DNA of 32,000 bases, from NCBI GenBank assembly GCA_031316235.1, contig JALDRA010000001.1, positions 2,880,001-2,912,000 on the forward strand, read 5' to 3'. Numbering within the stretch: the stretch's first letter is position 1; every line of letters begins with the position of its first letter. This DNA is from Candidatus Scalindua sp. (GTDB lineage: Bacteria > Planctomycetota > Brocadiia > Brocadiales > Scalinduaceae). The translations under genes and the position numbers were made by a program. This document shows positions 25,097-32,000 of this stretch, piece after piece. The notes beneath the pieces were generated by a model. It had not been told where the DNA came from, searched no databases, and saw only the letters and a list, made by a program, of their open reading frames with translations.

Positions 25097-26401
25097 TTAT
25101 GAGCGTATATATTCTTCTATCTTCTTTGCGATCGTAGTGAAGATCCATTCAAATTTTTTGTTGTCGGTTTCTAACAGCGTTATCCGGAACCCATTGAGAT
25201 TACAACTGAAACCCGTTAATGGTACAACACATATTCCAGTTGCTCCGAGCAGATAGTATACAAATCTTTTATCCAGGGCAACCTTTTTGGAGATTTTCTC
25301 GATATAGGTCTGTATCCTCTTGTTATGAATTTCAAGTTTCTGCATGGTATTTAAAACGCCATCTTTAAATACAACTGTCATATAAAAGGCTCCATCTGTC
25401 TGGTTTACAATTATGCCATTAACTCCTTTTAATATATCATACGCTAATCTCGACCTCATTTCATATCTCTCATTTCTTTCTTTGTTATAGGTGTTATAGC
25501 GTTCATCACCCATTAGTAGCGGAATCACATGCTGTGGCAGGGTGGTTGAGCATACTTCCAGCATCTTTGCGTTTACTATCGTATTAATGTATTCTGCAAA
25601 TATCGGATCTCTATTTTTATTGTATAGTTCTATCCATCCACAACGAGCTCCAGGCCAGGGGAGTTCTTTGGAAATCCCTCTCATCGAAATACCGCAGACC
25701 TTGTTGATTACCTCACTTAACGGTGTTGAAACCTTTCCATTATAGGTGATATTCAGGTAGATCTCATCGCAAATGATAAACAAGTCAAATTCTTCAGCTA
25801 TGCTGACGATATCATCCATCACGCTTTTCGGATACACTGTTCCTACCGGATTATTAGGATTAATTACTAATATTCCGGATATCGCTTGATTCTCCTGGAC
25901 CTTTCGACGGAGATCTTCAAGATCGGGATACCAATTATCATTCGGATTAAGGTTGTACATTATAGGGTCTTCTCCTGCGTGAGCTGCCTCTCCTGAAGAG
26001 TGTGTAGAGTATGCGGGTGAAGGGCCTATTACGCGTGTTTCTCTTCTTAAATAATTATAGATTTTTGATATGGCATCTCCGATACCATTAAAAAAGAGTA
26101 TATCTTCTTTTGTTACCTGAACACCCTCTCTTTTTCTTTTATTACAGAGGTTTGCCAGATATTCTCTTGTCTTTTCCAGCCCTTTTGTTGAGCTGTACGC
26201 AAATGAAGAGTCTTCATCAATGGCTTTTTTTATTGTATCTTTTATCCATGATGGAATTTTTTCACCTTTTTGAACAGGATCTCCAATATTTTCCCAGCAG
26301 ATTTCTAACCCCATATTTCGCAATGTATTACCCACAGTTACTATCTCACGTATTTCATATCTCAGTTCATGTGATCCAGCATGTACGATATTATTTCTCA
26401 T
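25097..26401 (-). CDS. PLP-dependent class I/II aminotransferase (alanine/aspartate aminotransferase-like)
   Basis: Motifs NIGDP, NPNNPVG, DEIY and the PLP-lysine motif GISKELPWPGARCGW. Start placed at the internal ATG 26401 (MRNNIVHAGSHELRYEIREI...), because the 19-aa extension to 26458 (MFFFWIRSTLFVINILGKR) looks non-native. Confidence 0.85.
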   Translation of the reverse strand: MRNNIVHAGSHELRYEIREIVTVGNTLRNMGLEICWENIGDPVQKGEKIPSWIKDTIKKAIDEDSSFAYSSTKGLEKTREYLANLCNKRKREGVQVTKEDILFFNGIGDAISKIYNYLRRETRVIGPSPAYSTHSSGEAAHAGEDPIMYNLNPNDNWYPDLEDLRRKVQENQAISGILVINPNNPVGTVYPKSVMDDIVSIAEEFDLFIICDEIYLNITYNGKVSTPLSEVINKVCGISMRGISKELPWPGARCGWIELYNKNRDPIFAEYINTIVNAKMLEVCSTTLPQHVIPLLMGDERYNTYNKERNERYEMRSRLAYDILKGVNGIIVNQTDGAFYMTVVFKDGVLNTMQKLEIHNKRIQTYIEKISKKVALDKRFVYYLLGATGICVVPLTGFSCNLNGFRITLLETDNKKFEWIFTTIAKKIEEYIRS

Positions 26402-26631
26402 TCTCTTTCCCAGGATGTTTATAACGAAGAGTGTGCTTCGAATCCAAAAAAAAAACAATCCAGATGGTTCGTCTATTACAATAGGTACAACCGAAGAAGG
26501 ATTGTGCAGTCTTGGCTCTAAATGGTAGTCGCCGCTATTTTAGGTATTGTATGAAAGAAAATCAAGAAATTTACACTCCGGTGCTGTTTTGTGAAAATAA
26601 AGAGATCTTATTTTTCCATGAAGAGTATTTA

Positions 26632-26659
26632 TTGACATTTTTTAGAGTATCATTAGAAT
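26632..26659 (+). promoter_or_regulatory. Candidate sigma-70-type promoter
   Basis: TTGACA (26632-26637), 16-nt spacer, TAGAAT (26654-26659) in the divergent intergenic region. This implies a ~330-nt leader before the ATG at 26994. Motif match only. Confidence 0.35.
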
Positions 26660-26993
26660 AGAGGAGTTTTCAGAATCTCAGGTCTCATGTCTCAGAAATT
26701 TCCAACTCATGAAAATGAATTGGGCGTTAACGTTTTCCCTTCAACAATTGTCAGTTTGTTAACATTGTATCTCTCTATCATGCGGTAAAAGGTTTTATTT
26801 GCCCAGCCAGATGGTGAATCAACCTGATTCTTCGTTTTGTACGGTTAACAGATTAAGATTTCGAAAGGTTTCTCAGTGGCAAATCTTTTACCCCGTATAC
26901 TATGCAACAGGGATGGGTATTGTTACGATCAGAAAGCAATGTTCTACCATTGAATAACTTCACTCTCATAGCAGGAAGGGGTCGCGTCGCGGC

Positions 26994-27602
26994 ATGATTC
27001 TCTTTATGGCAAAATGTCTAAGGCCTGTTTTTATCACTGGGTGTATCCTGGTTGTAATCGGTAATGGATGTATCGTAGTGACAACCGGACGGAGCAGATC
27101 TGTTGAGCCGCCAATGAAACAGCATTCAGTTGGAACCGTTGTGACTGGCGTTACAAAAGATGAACCTGCGACCAGTCAGCCTGAGAGTCAGGGAGCGGGG
27201 TATTTATCAAGCGGATCCACGGTAAGTGTGGGCTTATTAGATGGAGACGAAGAGCTGAAGATCTTTGAAAAAGTCAGGAAACTGGAAAAAACCCTGGAGA
27301 GAGAAAAAGAGATGCGTGAAACTCTTGAACAAAATTTAACCGATGTTACACGTGCCAGAGAAAAAGTTGATAGAGAGTTTGCGTTAACAAGAAGAGAACT
27401 TGAAGGGAATATTAAAAGTTTAAGAGAAGAAATCAGGGTCTTGGAGGCAAAAATAGAGGATTTAGAGGAGAAACTTGCTGTTGCTGAATTAAGACCAAAA
27501 AAGTTAGAGGAAAAACTGATTGAGGCGCAAATCGCGGAAACAAAGGCTATGCAGGAGCTGTTCAAGTTAAAGATCGATCAGCTAGAAAAAGATGAGGAAT
27601 AA
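26994..27602 (+). CDS. Membrane-anchored (possibly lipidated) coiled-coil protein, function unknown
   Basis: 202 aa. Hydrophobic N-terminus with ITGC (lipobox-like) and a further hydrophobic stretch. The C-terminal ~120 aa is highly charged with heptad-like repeats (KLEKTLEREKEMRETLEQNL...LREEIRVLEAKIEDLEEKLAVAEL...). Confidence 0.6.
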   Translation: MILFMAKCLRPVFITGCILVVIGNGCIVVTTGRSRSVEPPMKQHSVGTVVTGVTKDEPATSQPESQGAGYLSSGSTVSVGLLDGDEELKIFEKVRKLEKTLEREKEMRETLEQNLTDVTRAREKVDREFALTRRELEGNIKSLREEIRVLEAKIEDLEEKLAVAELRPKKLEEKLIEAQIAETKAMQELFKLKIDQLEKDEE

Positions 27603-27687
27603 TACAACATGGCATGAGACGTTTACCAGTTTTATCCGAAAACCATTATACGATACGTATAGTACAATTCCGGAAATCACTTTAAAG

Positions 27688-28320
27688 ATGAGAAAAGGCA
27701 TACTGACTAACCTGCTCCTGATTGTTATTACGATCATCCCCGCAACAGGGTGCATTACGGTCAATCAAAAAGAGTTCAATTCTATCAGTTTCTTTAAATC
27801 CGATGAATACAGCGGTACACCCATTCATCGGGTATTGATCGTACCATTTGCATTCGAGACAAAAAGGGAGAAAGTCGTAAAAGAGGTTACAGAAGCCTTT
27901 TTTATAGAATTTCAAAAGAGTGCAAGGTTTGAAACGATACTTCCTCATGACATACAAAATGGTTTACTCCGGCAAAATGATCTCTGGACCAAGGGGCTTG
28001 TCAGGGCTGAGTCCATAATTGAGGCGAGAAAGAGGTACAAGGTGGACGCAATTATCTTCGGTAAGATTACCCATTATAGACCGTATGATCCTCCGATACT
28101 TGGGATAAAGATTGGCATGTTTTCCACTGTCACGGGAAATGTGCTATGGAGTTCAGACGCGATATATGATAGCAGTGAAGCGTCTGTGGTGCGGCTGATA
28201 AAGGACTACCATAAAAATAATTTTCAAAAGAGTCAATCTCTTTATGATTGGAAAATACTCTTATTATCCATGAAACGTTACGCACAGTTTGTTGCATATC
28301 ACATAATAGAAACCTTATAG
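27688..28320 (+). CDS. Lipoprotein with LpoB/CsgG-N/DUF799/FlgO-like sequence pattern, function unknown
   Basis: Start placed at ATG 27688: MRKGILTNLLLIVITIIPATG-C is a classical lipoprotein signal plus lipobox. The mature part has HRVLIVPFAFET...KVDAIIFGKITHYRP...LWSSDAIYD, a pattern shared by several small periplasmic alpha/beta lipoprotein families. Exact family not resolved. Confidence 0.65.
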   Translation: MRKGILTNLLLIVITIIPATGCITVNQKEFNSISFFKSDEYSGTPIHRVLIVPFAFETKREKVVKEVTEAFFIEFQKSARFETILPHDIQNGLLRQNDLWTKGLVRAESIIEARKRYKVDAIIFGKITHYRPYDPPILGIKIGMFSTVTGNVLWSSDAIYDSSEASVVRLIKDYHKNNFQKSQSLYDWKILLLSMKRYAQFVAYHIIETL

Positions 28321-28590
28321 AAGAACGGTAACGTCTGATTTTTCAGATCATTCTTTGAATCACTCTTCTTTCAGGTTCAACTCTTCAGATTTTTCTCAGA
28401 ATAAAAACAGGAGGCTCAAGAAAGTTTTTCCGTGCAGGGTGGAAAAACATGTCATGGGAATTCCTTTCATCGTTACAGTTCATGAAAAAAAAATTCAGGT
28501 ATCAAAAATAGCTTTTGCCTAAAGCATTATAAAATAACAGTTTAGACACAGGTATAAAAAAATTCAGTTTATCTCCTGTTTCTTTGTTTT

Positions 28591-28606
28591 TGGCACACAG
28601 ATAGCG
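28591..28606 (+). promoter_or_regulatory. Candidate sigma-54 (-24/-12) promoter upstream of fliK-flgD-flgE
   Basis: TTGGCACACAGATAGCG: GG at 28592-28593 and GC at 28604-28605 with the canonical 10-nt separation (consensus TGGCAC-N5-TTGC, here TGGCAC-N5-TAGC). Lies ~72 nt upstream of the fliK ATG. Confidence 0.4.
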
Positions 28607-28677
28607 GTAACCTCATGTGCAGAAATTGAAATCTTCTGCAACCTCTTAATCTTCTCTTCATAACTTTATTACAAATT

Positions 28678-30375
28678 ATGACGGAACAATCTTTGAATAC
28701 ACTGCCCGGGATTTTTTCGCCATCAGATTCTTCTCAGATGGCTGTCGTGTCAAATAAGAATCATAAGGGGCAGACCAAAACCGGTGAACTGAGCTTTCTG
28801 CGAGTATTAACAGACAGCAGGGAGGGTATGGAAGGGGTGTTAAACCAGGGCCTCGTTATGGGACAGGGACAAAATCTGATACCTCCGGCTGACGAAGTCC
28901 AATTCTCTTCAGGGTTGTACGTAAACCGTAATTCCCTCATCATTGATACGTGGCAGGTATCAGCCGGTATGGAGTATGATCGCGTGGGAAAAGAAGAACT
29001 CCTTGATGGTATTATTAATCAGGTACCTGGCAGCGAAGCTCTATCAACACCAATTAACGAAGCTTCGTTATTGCATCTCCTGGTTTCAGATACGCGTCAG
29101 TTCCTTAATGCAGAAATTGAGTTGGGGGGAAACGCTAAAGATCTTGCGAAAAGAGCAGCAGAAACGCCAAACAGCAATTCAGTCATACTTTCATCTGCAG
29201 GGGTTCCGATTGGACAGATTCAGGGTTCAGGAGTATTGCCTGATCAAAATTTTGCTGGTAATATTGGTAGGGAAGAACCGTTATCATTACCTTCCGTAGA
29301 CAGCACAGATCTCAACCATGATACACCATCACCGCAATACACTCCACAAAGAGGAGTGGAAGAGCGGGTATCAGATTTTGATCTCAATGGGTCTGATGTG
29401 TCGGAAAACCAAACGAATGAAAAGAGCATAAAGACGCAGGGGCTGGATATCGAGCAAACCGTAAAAACGGCTGATACCGTGACCAACAGTGAAAAGGTCA
29501 TTCAGGACAAAAAGCAGCAATCTCCGGAATTGTTCAATACGAGAGCAGGAAAAATGGGGGAATCGTTGATTTCAGAAGTCGGGGCAAAGAGCAATGCCAT
29601 GGAGCAGTCGGTATTACGTTCTGTTAATACGATACCATCTGTCAGGGGGAGTGCAGGGCAGAAGGAAAATGAGGGTGGTAATACCCTGTCAGTTTCAAAG
29701 ATTGGCCAGTCTCTGGACAGTGCATCTTCAACGGATAACAGCAGCATGAATACCCTTAAACAGGGTGAGCTGGCAACGCAGATAACAGAAGGAAGCAGTA
29801 TGATTACAGAAACTCAAGGAGATGCACCAAGAGAGGAAACGAACCAGAACCTTCCATACAGTAAACAGGATCTGGAGTCAAGGATACCTGCACCGAATAC
29901 CTCAAAAGAGATAAGTGTGAACCCGACACCGGAATCCCCCAGTTCGGACATGACTGATCATATTGCACAGAGGGCCAGGCTGTTTTTACAAGGGGGGAAA
30001 TCCGAAGTACGGATTCAGCTGAATCCACCCGAACTTGGAAACCTGAAACTGGAATTTACCGTTGTGGATGATGTTATCGAGACAAAAATTTCCGTAGAGA
30101 AGTCAATGATAAAGGAGATAATCGAGAAGGATATTCCCCGGCTGCGAGAGCTTCTTTCGAATGCGGATGTCGATGTTGGAAGGTTTGATGTTTTTCTTCA
30201 AGAGAAAGAAGGAGCAAGGCAGGATTTTATGAACAAGGGGTTTCTCTCAGATACCAGTAGTAAGGAGGAGGAAAACCCTGCAGATGGAGGCAATGACAAT
30301 ATTCACGAAGAGGGAGTTGATGATGTGTTGGAACAGAATACCGTAATCTCTAGCAGAATTAACTATCTTGTATGA
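28678..30375 (+). CDS. fliK: Flagellar hook-length control protein FliK
   Basis: 565 aa. Ser/Thr/Gln/Asn-rich, low-complexity N-terminal two-thirds. C-terminal Flg_hook-type domain (ARLFLQGGKSEVRIQLNPPELGNLKLEFTVVDDVIETKISVEKSMIKEIIEKDIPRLRELL). Immediately upstream of flgD. Confidence 0.8.
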   Translation: MTEQSLNTLPGIFSPSDSSQMAVVSNKNHKGQTKTGELSFLRVLTDSREGMEGVLNQGLVMGQGQNLIPPADEVQFSSGLYVNRNSLIIDTWQVSAGMEYDRVGKEELLDGIINQVPGSEALSTPINEASLLHLLVSDTRQFLNAEIELGGNAKDLAKRAAETPNSNSVILSSAGVPIGQIQGSGVLPDQNFAGNIGREEPLSLPSVDSTDLNHDTPSPQYTPQRGVEERVSDFDLNGSDVSENQTNEKSIKTQGLDIEQTVKTADTVTNSEKVIQDKKQQSPELFNTRAGKMGESLISEVGAKSNAMEQSVLRSVNTIPSVRGSAGQKENEGGNTLSVSKIGQSLDSASSTDNSSMNTLKQGELATQITEGSSMITETQGDAPREETNQNLPYSKQDLESRIPAPNTSKEISVNPTPESPSSDMTDHIAQRARLFLQGGKSEVRIQLNPPELGNLKLEFTVVDDVIETKISVEKSMIKEIIEKDIPRLRELLSNADVDVGRFDVFLQEKEGARQDFMNKGFLSDTSSKEEENPADGGNDNIHEEGVDDVLEQNTVISSRINYLV

Positions 30376-30388
30376 AAGAGAGGTAAAA

Positions 30389-30811
30389 ATGGACGTTTCG
30401 AGTGTAGGTAATTCCAATGTAGACAAAGAGGCTTTTTTGCGATTATTTACAACACAATTAAAGAATCAAAGTCCAATGGATCCGCTGAAAGGGCACGATT
30501 TTATAGCACAGTTAGCGCAGTTCAGTTCACTTGAACAACTTACTAATCTTAACACCTCATTTTCAGGGGTGCTAGAGTCTCAAAAAGAGCTGAAGGAAGA
30601 TTTCAGCACTGCACTGTCCGGTTTGACAAAGACCCAGCAGGTATTCAGCGGGGGAGAGCTTATCGGGAAGAAGGTGGAATACACAGATCCTGACTCTCCT
30701 CTTGAAGTGTCAGAGGGGAAAATCGAAAAAATTTCCCTTAATAATGACAACGTTTCGGTTGTAATAGACAAAAAAGAGATACCTCTGTCAAGTATACGGG
30801 GAATATTATAG
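30389..30811 (+). CDS. flgD: Flagellar hook assembly/capping protein FlgD
   Basis: N-terminal signature KEAFLRLFTTQLKNQSPMDPLKGHDFIAQLAQFSSLEQLTNLN. Start placed at ATG 30389 (gagagg RBS, after the fliK stop 30373-30375); the track ORF begins at TTG 30368. Confidence 0.85.
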   Translation: MDVSSVGNSNVDKEAFLRLFTTQLKNQSPMDPLKGHDFIAQLAQFSSLEQLTNLNTSFSGVLESQKELKEDFSTALSGLTKTQQVFSGGELIGKKVEYTDPDSPLEVSEGKIEKISLNNDNVSVVIDKKEIPLSSIRGIL

Positions 30812-30925
30812 TACCTGTTACCTGACCTTTTGCACTATTCATTGATTTTGCGTTATGTGTTTTAACCAGCTAAGCGGACAACCTGTTATACCGTCTTAAC
30901 TATTTTTTTTGAAAGGAGCGATGAA

Positions 30926-32000
30926 ATGGCATTATCTTCAATGGCTGCTGCCGTATCAGGACTTAAGGCTGCTCAAACGGCCTTAAGCGTTATCGGTGAC
31001 AATCTGGCTAATTTAAATACAGCTGGTTTCAAGTCATCCAGAACAACTTTTTCTGACCAATTCGCCCAAACCCTGAGATCTGCTCAAGCCCCTGGTAATG
31101 GACTGGGCGGTAAAAATCCTGTGCAGATAGGCTCGGGGACCTCGGTTTCAAGTATTGACATGGATTTTACCCAGGGGGGACTGACTCCAACAGGGAAACC
31201 CTTCGACCTGGCCATAGAGGGAGAGGGGTTTTTTATCCTTACGGATGGAGTTGGAGATACCTATACAAGGGTTGGAGCCTTTGATCTTGACAAAAATGAC
31301 GATCTCGTAGATTCAGCTTCAGGCCTCAAGGTAAAGGGGATAAATGGCTCAGCCATCAATGTCCCTGTAAATTCGACTGTGCCGGCGAAGGCTACAACAA
31401 AAATAAATTTGTCTGGCAACCTTAATTCCACGATTTCGGCAAATGCCGTTAACCAGGTACTGGAGTCTTCCAGTGCATACACGGTAGCCGGGCCTGCAAA
31501 TGCAGTTGCTGCAAGTCTCTTGAATGATCTTACGCAAAATACAATAGACTATGTTGCAGGAGATAAGATTACGATAACCGGTTCTGAAGCAGATGGTGTT
31601 TCCGTGAATACAACCTTTACTTATGGGACCAGCACCGGGCAGGATGGTACTACACTGGGAGATCTGCGTGACTTTATATCAAGCAGCTTCGGGTCAGCAA
31701 CGGCTTCAATCTCAAGTGGAAAAATAGTCCTTACCTCCGATGCTCCAGGCGAACAGAACAGCAGAATGAGCTTGAGTATTGCCGATGCTTCTTCGGGAAA
31801 TACGGGAGCGACAACCTTCATTACGAATGCCGAGACGGTAGCCGGAAGCGGGAAGGCGCATACGACCACAGCTTCAATCTTTGATTCAAAAGGGGTGCAG
31901 AACTCAGTTACCCTTACCTTTGAAAAAACCGCTGCTGATACATGGGATGTAACCGGTACCATGAAGGCCGGTACCGGTACTGTAACCGATGGTATCACGG
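30926..32000 (+). CDS. flgE: Flagellar hook protein FlgE (5' part; runs off the window)
   Basis: Not in the supplied ORF track because there is no stop in the window. Reading from ATG 30926 (RBS aaaggag, 30912-30918) gives MALSSMAAAVSGLKAAQTALSVIGDNLANLNTAGFKSSRTTFSDQFAQTL...GGLTPTGKPFDLAIEGEGFFIL...YTRVGAFDLDKNDDLVD...ATTKINLSGNLNS...ASIFDSKGVQNSVTLTFEKTAADTWDV. The frame stays open to nt 32000. This is the canonical flagellar rod/hook N-terminal domain and FlgE pattern. Confidence 0.9.
   Translation, partial: MALSSMAAAVSGLKAAQTALSVIGDNLANLNTAGFKSSRTTFSDQFAQTLRSAQAPGNGLGGKNPVQIGSGTSVSSIDMDFTQGGLTPTGKPFDLAIEGEGFFILTDGVGDTYTRVGAFDLDKNDDLVDSASGLKVKGINGSAINVPVNSTVPAKATTKINLSGNLNSTISANAVNQVLESSSAYTVAGPANAVAASLLNDLTQNTIDYVAGDKITITGSEADGVSVNTTFTYGTSTGQDGTTLGDLRDFISSSFGSATASISSGKIVLTSDAPGEQNSRMSLSIADASSGNTGATTFITNAETVAGSGKAHTTTASIFDSKGVQNSVTLTFEKTAADTWDVTGTMKAGTGTVTDGIT

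Noticed and set aside
24656-25102. Overlapping ORFs 24656-24904 (-), 24797-25102 (+) and 24843-25052 (-) in the HDO/aminotransferase gap
   Set aside because: They mutually overlap on both strands and have odd composition, no RBS and no motifs. Treated as non-coding spacer; a short possible GTG-initiated peptide ending at 24906 is equally unsupported.
26437-26445. TTCGAATCC string resembling a tRNA T-loop
   Set aside because: There are no complementary T-stem, acceptor-stem or anticodon-arm sequences around it. No tRNA-like cloverleaf was found anywhere in the intergenic regions I read.
26402-26458. N-terminal extension of the aminotransferase ORF to ATG 26458
   Set aside because: The extra 19 residues (MFFFWIRSTLFVINILGKR) arise from a poly-A/T tract and do not resemble aminotransferase N-termini. 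The internal ATG at 26401 gives a family-typical start.
26877-26891. Second sigma-54-like element TGGCAA-N5-TTAC upstream of the coiled-coil gene
   Set aside because: It has correct spacing and a near-consensus -24 box but lacks the essential -12 GC dinucleotide (AC instead). Kept only as a weak possibility.
1-32000. CRISPR arrays, IS elements/transposases, integrases, prophage or known defence-system genes
   Set aside because: I saw no direct-repeat/spacer periodicity and no terminal inverted repeats bracketing the minus-strand block. No ORF showed DDE/tyrosine-recombinase, nuclease-helicase or other defence-type motifs.

Overview
AT-rich window (roughly 40% GC by eye, not computed) dominated by a flagellar biogenesis locus on the + strand. 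The order is: [3' end of an unknown ORF]-motA-motB-motB-like paralog-fliL-fliM-fliN | 555-bp non-coding gap | fliO-fliP-fliQ-fliR-flhB-flhA-flhF-(small membrane ORF where flhG normally sits)-fliA. This order resembles spirochaete/Firmicute fla operons. Directly downstream on the same strand lies a c-di-GMP turnover module (HD-GYP; REC-GGDEF with an intact I-site; GAF + degenerate HD-GYP; HD-GYP), followed by a small FlaG-like ORF. A ~7 kb block of four minus-strand, widely spaced redox/amino-acid-metabolism genes then interrupts the locus: a YoaE/YyaE-type molybdopterin oxidoreductase, a GltB-domain-2-like FMN protein, a haem-oxygenase-like di-iron (HDO/CADD-type) protein and a class I/II aminotransferase. 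The + strand then resumes with a membrane-anchored coiled-coil protein, a lipoprotein, a candidate sigma-54 promoter and fliK-flgD-flgE. flgE runs off the window; it is absent from the supplied ORF track and was found by reading the sequence. I found no rRNA, tRNA, CRISPR array, transposase/integrase, phage or recognisable defence genes, and no compelling evidence for a wholly new system. The most unusual observations are: (i) a translationally coupled MotB paralog lacking the invariant channel Asp; (ii) FlhF with a degenerate G3 motif combined with absence of flhG from its usual slot; (iii) the flagellum-embedded c-di-GMP module, which includes a catalytically degenerate GAF-HD-GYP; and (iv) an uncharacterised envelope protein pair in front of the hook operon. 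All family assignments come from motif recognition by eye; none was verified by database search.
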